The notes under the pieces: model-generated
The model's input: only the letters and a program-made list of their open reading frames with translations
What the model was told of the DNA's origin: nothing
Database searches by the model: none
Position numbers and translations under genes: made by a program
Source: Tagaea sp.
Lineage (GTDB): Bacteria > Pseudomonadota > Alphaproteobacteria > CACIAM-22H2
Assembly: GCA_965279525.1 (NCBI GenBank)
Contig: CBDIIB010000004.1
Location: 736,001-800,000 of the forward strand
DNA length: 64,000 nt
Reading direction: 5' to 3'
Shown here: positions 1-10,770 of the stretch, in pieces
Layout: every line of letters begins with the position of its first letter
Position numbering within the stretch: the stretch's first letter is position 1

Positions 1-28
1 TCGCGGACAGGTTGATGGCATCGAACAT
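1..28 (-). CDS. 5' fragment of a gene running off the left edge (MFDAINLSA...)
   Basis: ATG at 28-26 on the minus strand with a GGAGG Shine-Dalgarno shortly upstream; only 9 codons are visible, so the product is unknown. Confidence 0.45.
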
Positions 29-91
29 GGGGAACTGACCTCCAGGCCCGATATTCCGAGATCGGCCCGCGCACCGTCAATCCATACAATG

Positions 92-120
92 AAAAGGGCC
101 GGTCCTCGCGGACCGGCCCT
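92..120 (-). terminator. Rho-independent terminator of aceA
   Basis: 11-bp stem AGGGCCGGTCC/GGACCGGCCCT with a 4-nt loop, followed on the minus strand by a short U-run, just past the aceA stop. Confidence 0.75.
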
Positions 121-149
121 CCCCCGCCTCCCCCATTTTTCTTCTTGAT

Positions 150-1439
150 TCAGTCGGCGGCGTGCGGAACGGCGCGTGGCTTGTCGTGGAACTGGTCGGT
201 TTCGGTCGAGCCCGCCATCGCCGTCGTCGAGGCCTTGCCGGCCGAGATCGCGACCGCGACCGCGTCGAAATAGCCCGTGCCGACTTCGCGCTGGTGGCGC
301 GTGGCGGTGTAGCCGTGCTTCTCGGCGTCGAACTCGGCCTGCTGGAGTTCCGAATAAGCACCCATGCCGCGCTTGGCATAGCCGCGCGCCAGCTCGTACA
401 TCGAGTAGTTGAGCGCGTGGAAGCCGGCGAGCGTGACGAACTGGAACTTGTAGCCCATCTCGCCAATCTGCTGCTGGAAGGTCTCGATCGTCTTCGGGTC
501 GAGCTTCTTGCGCCAGTTGAACGAGGGCGAGCAGTTGTAAGCCAGCATCTTGCCCGGGAACTGGCGGCGCAGCTCGGTCGCGAACTCGCGCGCCTCGCCA
601 AGGTCCGGCTCCGACGTCTCCCACCACAGCAGGTCCGAGTACGGCGCGTAGGCGAGACCGCGCGCGATCGCGTATTCCACGCCCTTGCCTTCCTTGATGC
701 GGAAGAAGCCTTCGGGCGTGCGCTCGCCGGTCAGGAACGGGCGGTCGCGCTCGTCCACGTCGGTCGTGATGAGCTGGGCCGAGTGCGCGTCGGTGCGCGC
801 GAGCAGCACGGTCGGCACGCCTTCGACGTCGGCGGCCAGACGTGCGGCGTTGAGCGTGCGGACATGCTGGCTCATCGGCACCAGCACCTTGCCGCCCAGA
901 TGGCCGCACTTCTTTTCCGACGCGAGCTGGTCTTCGAAATGGACGCCGGCGGCACCGGCCTCGATCATCGCCTTCATGAGTTCGTAGGCGTTGAGAGCAC
1001 CGCCGAAGCCCGCTTCGGCATCCGCGATGATCGGCGCCATCCAGTGGGTGTCGCCCTTGCCTTCCATCGTCTGGATCTGGTCGGCGCGGCGCAGCGCGTT
1101 GTTGATCCGCTTGACGACGTCGGGAACCGACGAAACCGGATAGAGCGACTGGTCGGGATACATCTGGCCCGCGTTGTTCGCGTCCGCCGCCACCTGCCAG
1201 CCCGACAGGTAGATCGCCTTCAGCCCCGCCTTGACCTGCTGCATGGCCTGGTTGCCCGTCAGCGCGCCCAGCGTGTTCACGTAGGGCTCGGACTGCAGGA
1301 TGTCCCACAGGCGCTCGGCCCCCTTGCGGGCCAGCGTGTGCTCGACGCGGAACGAACCGGCAAGCTTGCGCACGTCCTCGGGCGTGTAGTCGCGCACAAT
1401 GCCGTTCCAGCGGGGATCGGTGTTCCAGGTGGCGCTCAT
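150..1439 (-). CDS. aceA: isocitrate lyase
   Basis: catalytic KKCGH motif, [20 protein letters not shown] and HQREVG; start MSATWNTD follows an AGGAG RBS. Confidence 0.97.
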   Translation of the reverse strand: MSATWNTDPRWNGIVRDYTPEDVRKLAGSFRVEHTLARKGAERLWDILQSEPYVNTLGALTGNQAMQQVKAGLKAIYLSGWQVAADANNAGQMYPDQSLYPVSSVPDVVKRINNALRRADQIQTMEGKGDTHWMAPIIADAEAGFGGALNAYELMKAMIEAGAAGVHFEDQLASEKKCGHLGGKVLVPMSQHVRTLNAARLAADVEGVPTVLLARTDAHSAQLITTDVDERDRPFLTGERTPEGFFRIKEGKGVEYAIARGLAYAPYSDLLWWETSEPDLGEAREFATELRRQFPGKMLAYNCSPSFNWRKKLDPKTIETFQQQIGEMGYKFQFVTLAGFHALNYSMYELARGYAKRGMGAYSELQQAEFDAEKHGYTATRHQREVGTGYFDAVAVAISAGKASTTAMAGSTETDQFHDKPRAVPHAAD

Positions 1440-1480
1440 GGCAGGCTCCTTCGCGGGGATGAGGGTTCGACCTTTCGGCC

Positions 1481-1591
1481 TGTAAATATCTTCACGCTGC
1501 GGGCGCGAAGGACGAAGCCTGAAAACCCCGGAAAACCGTAAATACGTCGCCGGATTTGCAAGCCGCTGCGCCGCGGTGTAAAGTTTGTAAA
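1481..1591. promoter_or_regulatory. divergent aceA/regulator promoter with repeated TGTAAA/TTTGCAA-like boxes
   Basis: TGTAAA at 1481, CGTAAA at 1537, TTTGCAAG at 1555, GTGTAAA at 1576 and TTTGTAAA at 1584; similar to ScfR-family (PccR TTTGCAAA) sites. Confidence 0.5.
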
Positions 1592-1611
1592 TCACGGCCG
1601 GAGACTGCCCC

Positions 1612-3030
1612 ATGGCGCGCAAGACCCTGCTCGGCAACAAGATCCGCCGCCTGCGCGAGCAGTCCGGCCTCACGCAGGCGCGCATGGCCGAGCAGCTCGG
1701 CATCTCGGCGAGCTACCTCAACCTCATCGAGCACGACCAGCGGCCAGTGACGGTCTCGCTGCTGCTGAAGCTCGGCAAGCAGTTCGATGTCGAACTCACG
1801 GATCTATCCGACGACGACGACCGCAAGCTCGCCGGCGGCCTGCGCGAGGTGTTCTCGGATTCCACCCTCGCCGCGCACGGCGTGACCGGCGACGAGATCA
1901 AGTCGCTGGCGGAAGCCGCCCCCAACGCCGCCAAGGCGATCCTCGAGCTCTACCGCGCCTATCGCCTCGCGCGCGACGACGCGCAGTCGATGACGCTGGG
2001 CCTGCCCAGCGGGACCACGCGCAAGATGGTGCTGCCGGCCGAGGAAGCGCGCGACTTCTTCCACGACAGGACGAACTATTTCGACGAGATCGAGCGCGCG
2101 GCCGAAAAGGTCGTCGCGGAGGCGAACCTGCCGCCGGGCGAGCCGTGGCGCGGCCTCGTCGACTACGCCAAGGGCAAGCACGGCATATCGGTCGACATCG
2201 TCGAACCCGGCCCGCTCGCCGGTGCCGTGCGCCGCTACGACACGCGCACCAAGAAGCTGCAGCTGAGCGAGATCCTGCCGCGCCCGTCGCGGCGCTTCCA
2301 TCTCGCCTACCAGATCGGCCAGCTCGAGGCGCGCAAGCCCGTCGACATGATCCTCGCGACCGCGAAGCTCGCCTCGAAGGAGACCGAGACGCTGGTGCGC
2401 GTGGGCCTCTACAATTATTTCGCCGGTGCCGTGCTGATGCCGTATGCGCCGTATCTGGAAGCAGCGAAGGCGCTGCGCTACGACATCGAGATGCTGAGCC
2501 ACCATTTCGGCACGAGCTTCGAGCAGGCGTGCCATCGCCTGTCCACGCTGCAGCGCCCCGGCGACAAGGGCGTGCCGCTGTGGCTCGTGCGCACCGACAT
2601 CGCGGGCAATGTGTCGAAGCGCTTCTCGGCTGCGGGCTTCCACTTCTCGCGCTTCGGCGGCTCGTGCCCGCGCTGGATCGTGCACGAGGCCTTCACCAGC
2701 CCCGGGCGTATCCTCACGCAGGTGGCCCGCCTTGCCGACGGTGCCACGTTCTTCTGCGTGGCGCGCACGGTGGCGAAATCGGCCGGCGGCTGGCGCGAGC
2801 CGCCGACGACCTATGCGCTGGGCATCGGCTGCGAGATCGGCCAGGCGTCGGAACTCGTCTATGCCGACGGGCTCGATCTGGAAAAGCTCGGCTCGGTCGT
2901 CGAGATCGGCGTGGGCTGCCGGGTGTGCGAACGCGAGAACTGCCGCCAGCGCGCCTACCCGCCGCTGCAGCACCGGCTCGACGTGGACGTCAACGTGAAG
3001 GGCGCGACGGCGTATTCGTTCCGGAAATGA
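1612..3030 (+). CDS. XRE-HTH short-chain fatty acyl-CoA regulator (ScfR; RamB/PrpR/PccR-like)
   Basis: N-terminal HTH ([26 protein letters not shown]), [16 protein letters not shown] and C-terminal [13 protein letters not shown] Cys motif; divergent from aceA. Confidence 0.92.
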   Translation: MARKTLLGNKIRRLREQSGLTQARMAEQLGISASYLNLIEHDQRPVTVSLLLKLGKQFDVELTDLSDDDDRKLAGGLREVFSDSTLAAHGVTGDEIKSLAEAAPNAAKAILELYRAYRLARDDAQSMTLGLPSGTTRKMVLPAEEARDFFHDRTNYFDEIERAAEKVVAEANLPPGEPWRGLVDYAKGKHGISVDIVEPGPLAGAVRRYDTRTKKLQLSEILPRPSRRFHLAYQIGQLEARKPVDMILATAKLASKETETLVRVGLYNYFAGAVLMPYAPYLEAAKALRYDIEMLSHHFGTSFEQACHRLSTLQRPGDKGVPLWLVRTDIAGNVSKRFSAAGFHFSRFGGSCPRWIVHEAFTSPGRILTQVARLADGATFFCVARTVAKSAGGWREPPTTYALGIGCEIGQASELVYADGLDLEKLGSVVEIGVGCRVCERENCRQRAYPPLQHRLDVDVNVKGATAYSFRK

Positions 3031-3928
3031 GCCCGATGGCGACGGCAAGACCGGCACTGACCACGAGCAGGCCCGCGATCTGGAGCAGGGTCGGAATCTC
3101 GCCGATCGCCGGAATGCCGATCAGGATCGAGATCGCCGGCACGGTCGCCGGGAAAAGCACGGCGCGGCTCACGCCGAGGATCGCGACCGCGCGGCTGTAG
3201 GCGAGCATCGTGAAGATCGCCTGCACGAAGCCCTGCGTCAGTCCCTGGAATGCGAGTGCCGCGAACGGCAGCGACGCGAGATGCTCGAAGCCGCGGATCG
3301 CGAGATAGCCCGGCGCGACGACCGCACCCGACAGCACGCAGACGACCGCCGTCGCGCGCAGCGCATCGAGCCGCCAGACGCGCAGCAGGATCGTGAACGC
3401 GGCCCAGAACAGGCTCGAGGCGAAAAAGAGCAGATCGCCGATCCACGTCGTGTCGCCCTGCCCGCTCTGCGCGATCCCCTGCCAGCTGATCATGACGATC
3501 CCGGCGACGACGACCGCGGCGCCGACGACATGCGCGCGCGTCAGCCGTTCTCCCAGCGTCAACGCCGCGACGAGCGTGCTGACGATCGTCACCGTCGAGG
3601 GTGCGATGACGGCGCCGTGCGCAAGCGGAGCGAAAGCGTAGCCGCCGGTCTGGAGGAGCGCGAATGTCGGACCGCCGGTCAGCAGCAGGGCTATGCCGCG
3701 CGGCCAGCCGATGCCGCCCAGTGTGCGAAATCCCCAGATCGCGACGAAGGGCAGCATGACCGTACCGGCGACGACGAAACGCGCGAAGATCATGTCGTCG
3801 GCGGAAAGCCCGCCGAGGATGCCCGCCCGCGCCGCGGCGAACGCGACCGAAGCGCCGATCGCCATCGCGAAGCCGCACGCATAGCCGAACGCGAGGCTTG
3901 GCGCCTTCCCGGAGCCGGGATCGGTCAT
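2990..3928 (-). CDS. DMT/EamA-family transporter
   Basis: about 10 hydrophobic segments and two EamA-like halves (LGERLT; GDLLF; IGEIPT). Confidence 0.85.
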   Translation of the reverse strand: MTDPGSGKAPSLAFGYACGFAMAIGASVAFAAARAGILGGLSADDMIFARFVVAGTVMLPFVAIWGFRTLGGIGWPRGIALLLTGGPTFALLQTGGYAFAPLAHGAVIAPSTVTIVSTLVAALTLGERLTRAHVVGAAVVVAGIVMISWQGIAQSGQGDTTWIGDLLFFASSLFWAAFTILLRVWRLDALRATAVVCVLSGAVVAPGYLAIRGFEHLASLPFAALAFQGLTQGFVQAIFTMLAYSRAVAILGVSRAVLFPATVPAISILIGIPAIGEIPTLLQIAGLLVVSAGLAVAIGLISGTNTPSRPSR

Positions 3929-3956
3929 CCTCTGGTCCTTTGCACCGGCGTGGCGC

Positions 3957-3996
3957 GAAAAAGGCCCGCCCCGCTTGCGCGGAACGGGCCCTGTTT
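3957..3996. terminator. probable terminator downstream of aapJ
   Basis: imperfect GC-rich hairpin GGCCCG...CGGGCC flanked by A5 (U-run on the minus strand). Confidence 0.55.
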
Positions 3997-4010
3997 CCCG
4001 CCGGTTCCGG

Positions 4011-5039
4011 TCAGCGCAGCGGCAGCGCGTACATCAGGCCGCCCTTGGTCCAAAGATCGTTGACGCCGCGCTCGAGGCCGATCGGCGTCTTCGTGCCGAC
4101 ATTGCGCTCGTAGCTCTCGCCGTAGTTGCCGATGGCCTTGATCACGTTGTAGGCCCACTTCTCGTCGAGCCCGAGCGCCTTGCCGAAGCCGGGCGTCACA
4201 CCCAGCATGCGCTGGATGCCGGGATTGGTCGATTTCAGCATCTCGTCGACATTGGCCTGCGTGACGCCATATTCCTCGGCCTCGATCATCGCGGTCAGCA
4301 CCCACTTCACGACGCCGAACCACTGGTCGTCGCCCTTGCGGACCATCGGCCCGAGGGGCTCCTTCGAGATGCGCTCGGGCAGGATGTAGTGGTCGCCGGG
4401 GACGGCGAGATTCGAGCGGACGGAGGCTAGCCCCGACGCGTCGGTCGTGTAGACGTCGCAGCGGCCGGCCTGGTAGGCAGCGATGTTCTCTTCCAGGCGC
4501 TCGATCACGACGGGCGTGAAGCGCATCCGGTTGGCGCGGAAATAGTCGGCAAGGTTGAGCTCGGTCGTCGTGCCGGGCTGCACGCAGACCGTCGCCCCGT
4601 CGAGTTGCTTGGCGTTCGTGACGTTCATCGAGCGCTTCACGATGAAACCCTGCCCGTCGTAGAAATTCACGCCCGCCATGTGCAGGCCGAGCGTCGTGTC
4701 GCGCAGCAGCGTCTGCGTGGCGTTGCGCGTCAGCACGTCGATCTCGCCCGACTGGAGCGCGACGAAACGCTGCTGGGCCGTGGTCGGCACGAACTTGGCC
4801 TTGGTCGGATCGCCGAGCACCGCGGCCGCGATCGCGCGGCACAACTCGACATCGAGGCCGCGCCATTCGCCCTGCGCGTTGGGGGCCGAGAAGCCCGGCA
4901 GGGCGGTGTTGACGCCGCAGGTCAACACGCCCCGGCTCTTGACCGCGTCGAGCGTGGATGTGCGGGGCGTCTGGGCGTTCGCCGTGGCGGCGAGGCCCAG
5001 CAGCGCCAGCGACGCGATTGCTGTACGGGTAACTTTCAT
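4011..5039 (-). CDS. aapJ: general L-amino acid ABC transporter substrate-binding protein (AapJ/BztA-like)
   Basis: signal peptide, TLDAVKSRGVLTCGV, FYDGQGF, ISKEPLGP and GNYGE motifs. Confidence 0.9.
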   Translation of the reverse strand: MKVTRTAIASLALLGLAATANAQTPRTSTLDAVKSRGVLTCGVNTALPGFSAPNAQGEWRGLDVELCRAIAAAVLGDPTKAKFVPTTAQQRFVALQSGEIDVLTRNATQTLLRDTTLGLHMAGVNFYDGQGFIVKRSMNVTNAKQLDGATVCVQPGTTTELNLADYFRANRMRFTPVVIERLEENIAAYQAGRCDVYTTDASGLASVRSNLAVPGDHYILPERISKEPLGPMVRKGDDQWFGVVKWVLTAMIEAEEYGVTQANVDEMLKSTNPGIQRMLGVTPGFGKALGLDEKWAYNVIKAIGNYGESYERNVGTKTPIGLERGVNDLWTKGGLMYALPLR

Positions 5040-5084
5040 GGGGTCCTGTCTCCTGTTCGGGGGCCGGTCGTGTCGAGCCCTTCA

Positions 5085-5103
5085 TTGGCATCAATCATGC
5101 CAA
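5085..5103 (-). promoter_or_regulatory. putative sigma-54 (-24/-12) promoter of aapJ
   Basis: minus strand TTGGCATGATTGATGC gives GG-N10-GC about 45-60 nt upstream of the start; the element is palindromic. Confidence 0.55.
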
Positions 5104-5144
5104 CCCGGCCGACGGCGTGCCAGCACGGAGTTCGCGGACGCCGC

Positions 5145-6059
5145 TCACGCGTCGTATTCGAGGCCCCAGTCCTTGAAGAAGTCGCGCTTCTCGTCCCAGC
5201 CGGGTGCCACTTTCACATGCAGGAACAGGTGGATCTGCCGGTCGAGCATCTTGGCGATCTCGGCGCGCGCCATCTCGCCGATCTTCTTGACCTGCGCGCC
5301 CTTGGCGCCGATCACGATCTTGCGCTGGCCTTCGCGCGCGACATAGATCGTCTGCTCGATGCGCGCTGAACCGTCCTTGCGCTCCTCGAACTTGTCGGTC
5401 TCGACGGCGATGGCATAGGGCAGCTCCTGGTGGAGCTGGCGGAATATCTGCTCGCGCGTGGCTTCGGCGGCGAGCAGGCGTGCCGGCAGGTCGGAAATCT
5501 CGTCCTCGGGGTAGAGATAGGGGCCTTCCGGCAGCCGGCCGATCAGCTTGGCCTTCAGCGTGTCGCAGCCGTCGCCGGTCTCGGCCGAGACCATGAAGAT
5601 CTCCGACACCAATCCGGTCGCATCGTAGCGCTTGGCAAGCGTCAGCAACGCCGGCGGATCGAGCAGGTCGATCTTGTTGAGCACGAGGATCGCCTTGGCC
5701 TTGCGACTGCGCAAACCGTCGAGGATCAGTGCTTCATCCTCGTCGTCACCACCGCGCGAGGCCCGCTTGGCGTCGACGACGAACAGCAGCGCGTCGGCAT
5801 CCTGCGCCCCGCGCCAGGCGGCATCCACCATCGCGCGGTCGAGCCGGCGCTTGGGCGCGAACACGCCGGGCAGGTCGAGGAACACGGCCTGCGCGCCGTC
5901 CTCGACCAGGATGCCGGTCACGCGCGTGCGCGTCGTCTGCACCTTGGGCGAGACGATGGCGACCTTGGTGCCCACCAGCCGGTTGACCAGCGTGGATTTG
6001 CCCGCGTTGGGCGCTCCCAGCATCGCGACATAGCCGCAGCGCGTTTTCGTGTCCGTCAT
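5145..6059 (-). CDS. era: GTPase Era
   Basis: GAPNAGKST, NKID and KH-domain VIGAKG motifs; follows rnc with an ATGA overlap. Confidence 0.96.
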   Translation of the reverse strand: MTDTKTRCGYVAMLGAPNAGKSTLVNRLVGTKVAIVSPKVQTTRTRVTGILVEDGAQAVFLDLPGVFAPKRRLDRAMVDAAWRGAQDADALLFVVDAKRASRGGDDEDEALILDGLRSRKAKAILVLNKIDLLDPPALLTLAKRYDATGLVSEIFMVSAETGDGCDTLKAKLIGRLPEGPYLYPEDEISDLPARLLAAEATREQIFRQLHQELPYAIAVETDKFEERKDGSARIEQTIYVAREGQRKIVIGAKGAQVKKIGEMARAEIAKMLDRQIHLFLHVKVAPGWDEKRDFFKDWGLEYDA

Positions 6060-6748
6060 TTCGACTCCAGGCGCGCGAGAAGCGTGGCGGCGGCCGCGCG
6101 CTCGGCCTCGCGTTTTGATGTTCCTTCGGCGGTCGCCGGCAGTTCGCCGTCGACCGCGACCTCGATCGTGAAGCGGGGTGCGTGCGCCAGCCCCTCGCGC
6201 GACAAGGTGCGATAGCGCGGCAGCGCCAGCCCCCGCCCCTGCGCCCATTCCTGCAAGGCAGTCTTCGGCTCGCGCGGCGGGGCGGTCTCGGCGACCGCGA
6301 GCGGCTCGAACAGCCGGCGCACGATCGCGCGCGCGGCGGCAAAACCGCCGTCCATATGCACGGCCGCGACCAGTGCTTCGAACGCGTCGGCAAGCACCGC
6401 CGGATTGTCGCGCCCGCCGCCCTGGTGCTCGCTGGTCGACAGCGTCAGCGCTTCGCCGATGCCCAGCGCACGCGCATGCTCGGCCAGCTGTTCGCCGCGC
6501 ACCAGATAGGCGTGACGCTTGGCAAGGTCGCCCTCTTCCTCGGTCGGGAAGCGTTCGGTCAGAAGCTCGGCGACGACGAGCGACACGACCCGGTCGCCGA
6601 GGAACTCCAGCCGCTCGAAATCCGCTCCCGAGCGCTGCGCGTTGCCGCGCCGCCCGAGCGAGGAATGCGACAGGGCGGCGACGAGCAGTTCGGGATCGGC
6701 GAAGCGATGGCCGAGGGCCGCTTCGAGCTTTGCGTGGGCGGCCTTCAT
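6056..6748 (-). CDS. rnc: ribonuclease III
   Basis: ERLEFLGD signature, ADAFEA and dsRBD (PKTALQEWAQ...SKREAE). Confidence 0.97.
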   Translation of the reverse strand: MKAAHAKLEAALGHRFADPELLVAALSHSSLGRRGNAQRSGADFERLEFLGDRVVSLVVAELLTERFPTEEEGDLAKRHAYLVRGEQLAEHARALGIGEALTLSTSEHQGGGRDNPAVLADAFEALVAAVHMDGGFAAARAIVRRLFEPLAVAETAPPREPKTALQEWAQGRGLALPRYRTLSREGLAHAPRFTIEVAVDGELPATAEGTSKREAERAAAATLLARLESK

Positions 6749-6755
6749 CGGCGGC

Positions 6756-7514
6756 CTATCGGATCGGGTTCAGCAGGCGGCTGTAGCGCGCGGCGGTGAA
6801 CCAGGTCCAGGGCAGCACCAGATTGGCGCTGCCGTCGGTCGAGAAGAACAGGATCTCGGCGCGGCCCACCAGGTTCTCGAACGGCACAAAGCCGACGGCG
6901 TTGGGATCGCGGCTGTCCTGGGAATTGTCGCGGTGGTCGCCCATCGCGAAATAGTGGCCGGGCGGCACGGTGAACTCGGGCGTGTTGTTGTAGTAGCCGT
7001 CCACGTGCATCTTCAGCACGCGATGCTGGCGCCCGCCGGGCAGTGTTTCGACATACTGCGCCACGCGGCGCGAGAAGCCGCCCTCGGTCTCGACGAAATC
7101 CTCGATGCGCTCGACCGCCGCGGCTTCGCCGTTGATGTGCAGGATGCCGCGCGTGACCTGGATGCGGTCGCCCGGCAGGCCGACCAGGCGCTTGATGTAG
7201 TCGGTCTTGCCGTCCTTGGGCAGCTTGAAGACGACCACGTCGCCGCGCTGCGGCTCGCGCGACAAGGCGCGCCCCGGGAAGCGCGTCGTCACATAGCTCG
7301 GCAGCGAGGCGAACGAGTAGCCGTAGGAGAATTTCGACACGAACAGGTAGTCGCCGATCAGCAGCGTGGGCACCATCGAAGCCGACGGGATGTTGAACGG
7401 CTCGAAGGCAAGCGTGCGGATGCCCATCGCGATGATGAACGCGTAGGCGAGCGTCTTGACGACGTCGAGAAATCCGTTCTTCGGCTGGGCTTTTGCGGTC
7501 GGGGGCAGCGACAT
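6756..7514 (-). CDS. lepB: signal peptidase I
   Basis: IPSASMVPTL (catalytic Ser), YIKRLVGLPGD (Lys) and GDHRDNSQDSR; start uncertain. Confidence 0.95.
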   Translation of the reverse strand: MSLPPTAKAQPKNGFLDVVKTLAYAFIIAMGIRTLAFEPFNIPSASMVPTLLIGDYLFVSKFSYGYSFASLPSYVTTRFPGRALSREPQRGDVVVFKLPKDGKTDYIKRLVGLPGDRIQVTRGILHINGEAAAVERIEDFVETEGGFSRRVAQYVETLPGGRQHRVLKMHVDGYYNNTPEFTVPPGHYFAMGDHRDNSQDSRDPNAVGFVPFENLVGRAEILFFSTDGSANLVLPWTWFTAARYSRLLNPIR

Positions 7515-7576
7515 GGTTTTCTTGGGCTTCAGGGTCCGGTTCGGGGCGGGATAAGGCGCTTGGCCGGTGCGGCCTG

Positions 7577-7981
7577 TCAAGTCGCGGCCGGAACCGCGGT
7601 GATGATCACGATGGCCTGCGCGATGGGCGGGTCGTCGGTGAGGCTGACGTCGATCTGGGCGCGCATGCCGGGGGGCAGCATTTTCTCCAGCCGCGCCAGC
7701 GCCCCGCCGGTCAGCCGCATCGTGGGCTTGCCGCCGGGCAGGTTCACCACTTCCATGTCGCGCCAGTAGACCGAATGGCGGAAGCCGGTCCCCAGCGCCT
7801 TGGAGCAGGCTTCCTTGGCCGCGAACCGGCGCGCGTAGCTGGCCGCCCGGTTGGCCCGGCGCTCGGACTTCGCGCGCTCGCCTTCGGTGTAGAGACGGTG
7901 CGTAAAGCGCGTGCCGAACCGTTCGAGCGTCTTCTCGACGCGTCGAATGTCGACGAGATCGGAGCCAAGGCCGAGGATCAT
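7577..7981 (-). CDS. acpS: holo-[acyl-carrier-protein] synthase
   Basis: [29 protein letters not shown] and VSLTDD. Confidence 0.95.
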   Translation of the reverse strand: MILGLGSDLVDIRRVEKTLERFGTRFTHRLYTEGERAKSERRANRAASYARRFAAKEACSKALGTGFRHSVYWRDMEVVNLPGGKPTMRLTGGALARLEKMLPPGMRAQIDVSLTDDPPIAQAIVIITAVPAAT

Positions 7982-10140
7982 CCGCGCGCGCGCTCCGCCG
8001 AATTGATGACCGGCGTAGCGCGCAGGGCCGCGATCACGTTGGTCAGGTGCTTGAGGTCGCGCACCTCGATGTCGATGATCATTTCCCAGAACTCGGTCGT
8101 CCGGTTCACGATCTTGAGGTTCGTGATGTTGCCCGCGTTCTTGGCGATGACGGTCGACAGCGAGCCGAGGCTGCCGGACTCGTTGCGCACGACCAGCGCC
8201 ACGCGGCCCACGAAGCCGGCGCCGGAAGCCGCATCCTCGACGTCCCAGCCCACATCGAGCCAGCGCGCGGGCTGGTCGGCGAACTGTTCGAGCGTGTCGC
8301 AGTCGATCGTGTGGACGGTCACGCCGCGGCCCGTGGTGACGATGCCAACGATGCGGTCGCCGGGCAGCGGGTGGCAGCAACCGGCATAGTGGATCGCCAT
8401 GCCCGGGATCAGGCCCTTGATGGGGACATGCGCGTGCGACGACGAGCCGTCCTTGGGCTTCTGCTTGCGCAGCGGCACGACGTTGGCGGGTTTGGGCTGC
8501 TGGCGGCTTTCCGGGAAAAGCGCGCCGATGATCTCGCGCTCGCTGACCTGGCCCGCCCCCACCATCGCGATCAGGTCGTCGACGTCGTCGGCTTTCAGCG
8601 GCTTGACCGCCCCTTCGAGCGACTTGTCGGCATAGTCGTAGCCTTCGGACTTGAAGGCCTTCTGCAGCATCGAGCGGCCGAGATCGAGGAACTGGTGGCG
8701 CTGCTGGGCGCGGATGAAGCGCCGGATGCGCGCGCGCGCCTTGCCCGTCACGACGAAGCGTTCCCAGGTCGGCGACGGGACCTGCGCCTTGGACGTGACG
8801 ATCTCGACCTGGTCGCCGTTCGACAGCGACGTGCGCAGCGGCATCATGCGTCCGTTGATCTTGGCGCCCACGCAATGGTCGCCGACCTCCGAGTGCACGG
8901 CATAGGCGAAATCGACGGGCGTTGCCCCGCGCGGCAGCGCGATGAGGTCGCCCTTCGGCGTGAAGCAGAAGCACTGGTCCTGGTACATCTCGAGCTTGGT
9001 GTGCTCGAGGAATTCCTCGGGGTTCGACGCGTGCTCGAGGATGTCGAGCAGTTCGCGAAGCCAGCGGAACGTGCCCTTGGCGTCGCCCGCCGCCGGGCGC
9101 CCTTCCTTGTACGACCAGTGCGCGGCCACGCCGAACTCGGCGACCTCGTGCATCTCGCGCGTGCGGATCTGGATCTCGATGCGCTGGCGTTCGGGTCCGA
9201 AGATGCCGGTGTGCAGCGAGCGATAGCCGTTGGGCTTCTGGACCGAGATGTAATCCTTGAAGCGCCCGGGCACCACCGGCCAGCGCGAATGGATCGAGCC
9301 CAGCGCGCGGTAGCATTCGGCCGTGTCGGGCACGATGACGCGGAAGGCCATGATGTCGGAGAGCTGCTCGAACGCGACGTTCTTGCGCTGGGTCTTGCGC
9401 CAGATCGAGAACGGCGTCTTTTCGCGCCCCGAGACCTGCGCGTCGATCCCCTCCTCCTTCAGCGCGGCCGCCACCTGGTCGGCGATGCGCGTCACCACGT
9501 CCTGGCCGCGCGAACGCAGGTGCTGGAGGCGCATGACGATCGACTCGCGTGCGTCGGGATTGAGCTCGCCGAACGCGATGTCCTCGAGCTCTTCCTGGAT
9601 GCGACGCATGCCGATGCGCTCGGCGAGCGGCGCATAGATCTCCATCGTCTCGCGCGCGATGCGCTGGCGCTTCTCGATCTTCGGGATGAAATTGAGCGTG
9701 CGCATGTTGTGCAGCCGGTCGGCGAGCTTGACCAGCAGCACGCGGATGTCCTCCGACATCGCGAGCAGCAGCTTGCGGAAATTCTCCGCCTGCTTGGCCT
9801 TGTCGGACTGCGCCTGCAGCTCCAGACGCGAAAGCTTGGTCACGCCGTCGACCAGCCGGGCGATCTCGGGCCCGAACAGGCGCTCGATCTCCTCGATGCT
9901 GGCGAGCGTGTCCTCGACCGTGTCGTGCAGCAGGGCCGTGACGATCGTCGCGGTGTCGAGCCGGTAGCTCGTCAGGATGCCGGCGACTTCGAGCGGATGG
10001 GAGAAATAGGGATCGCCGGAGGCGCGCGTCTGCGCGCCATGCACTTTCAGGGAATAGACGTAGCCGCGATTGATGAGGTCTTCGTCGGCTTCGGGGTCGT
10101 AGGCCTTGACGCGCTCGACCAGTTCGAAGGCCCGCATCAT
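7978..10140 (-). CDS. spoT: bifunctional (p)ppGpp synthetase/hydrolase (long RSH)
   Basis: HD motif [19 protein letters not shown] and EIQIRT, plus TGS and ACT domains; alternative TTG start at 10251. Confidence 0.96.
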   Translation of the reverse strand: MMRAFELVERVKAYDPEADEDLINRGYVYSLKVHGAQTRASGDPYFSHPLEVAGILTSYRLDTATIVTALLHDTVEDTLASIEEIERLFGPEIARLVDGVTKLSRLELQAQSDKAKQAENFRKLLLAMSEDIRVLLVKLADRLHNMRTLNFIPKIEKRQRIARETMEIYAPLAERIGMRRIQEELEDIAFGELNPDARESIVMRLQHLRSRGQDVVTRIADQVAAALKEEGIDAQVSGREKTPFSIWRKTQRKNVAFEQLSDIMAFRVIVPDTAECYRALGSIHSRWPVVPGRFKDYISVQKPNGYRSLHTGIFGPERQRIEIQIRTREMHEVAEFGVAAHWSYKEGRPAAGDAKGTFRWLRELLDILEHASNPEEFLEHTKLEMYQDQCFCFTPKGDLIALPRGATPVDFAYAVHSEVGDHCVGAKINGRMMPLRTSLSNGDQVEIVTSKAQVPSPTWERFVVTGKARARIRRFIRAQQRHQFLDLGRSMLQKAFKSEGYDYADKSLEGAVKPLKADDVDDLIAMVGAGQVSEREIIGALFPESRQQPKPANVVPLRKQKPKDGSSSHAHVPIKGLIPGMAIHYAGCCHPLPGDRIVGIVTTGRGVTVHTIDCDTLEQFADQPARWLDVGWDVEDAASGAGFVGRVALVVRNESGSLGSLSTVIAKNAGNITNLKIVNRTTEFWEMIIDIEVRDLKHLTNVIAALRATPVINSAERARG

Positions 10141-10269
10141 CGGCGGGCGGGCCCGTTTGGGCGCTTCGCCGCCCGCGGCGGTCAGCGGTACCGGAGCGGG
10201 TCCGGCATCCGCCGTCGCTGGAGGGGTGTCGGTGGCGCCGTCGGCGTTCAACCCGGCCCCCGCCCCGCC

Positions 10270-10665
10270 TTACTCTTCGACCGCAGCCGCCGCCGCATCG
10301 CCGCCGGCCAGCTTTTCCTCGGCGTCCTCGATCTCCATCTCGTCCTCGATGCCGTCGAGCGTCGCGTCTTCGGCAACGCCGGCGACATCGCGGTCGGCGG
10401 CGAGCAGTTCCATCGCGTCTTCCTCGGGCTCTTCGCTCTCGACCTGGCGCTGGAGACCCTGGACGAGCGACTGCTTGAGGTTATCGAGGTCGAGGGAATT
10501 GTCGGCGATCTCGCGAAGCGCGATGACCGGGTTCTTGTCGTTGTCCTTCTCCACCGTCAGCGGCGAGCCGGCCTGGATCTCGCGCGCGCGCTGGGCGGCG
10601 AGCATGACGAGCTCGAAGCGGTTGGGGATCTTGACGACGCAATCTTCAACGGTAACGCGGGCCAT
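10270..10665 (-). CDS. rpoZ: RNA polymerase omega subunit
   Basis: [35 protein letters not shown] with an acidic tail. Confidence 0.97.
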   Translation of the reverse strand: MARVTVEDCVVKIPNRFELVMLAAQRAREIQAGSPLTVEKDNDKNPVIALREIADNSLDLDNLKQSLVQGLQRQVESEEPEEDAMELLAADRDVAGVAEDATLDGIEDEMEIEDAEEKLAGGDAAAAAVEE

Positions 10666-10770
10666 ACGGTGCTCCGGAGGGAAAGGCGACAGAGTCGCAA
10701 AATGGGCGAAGAATATAGCCCTTGCCGCATCGCAAAACAATCGATTTCGCCGACCGAAAGCCCAATCCGG

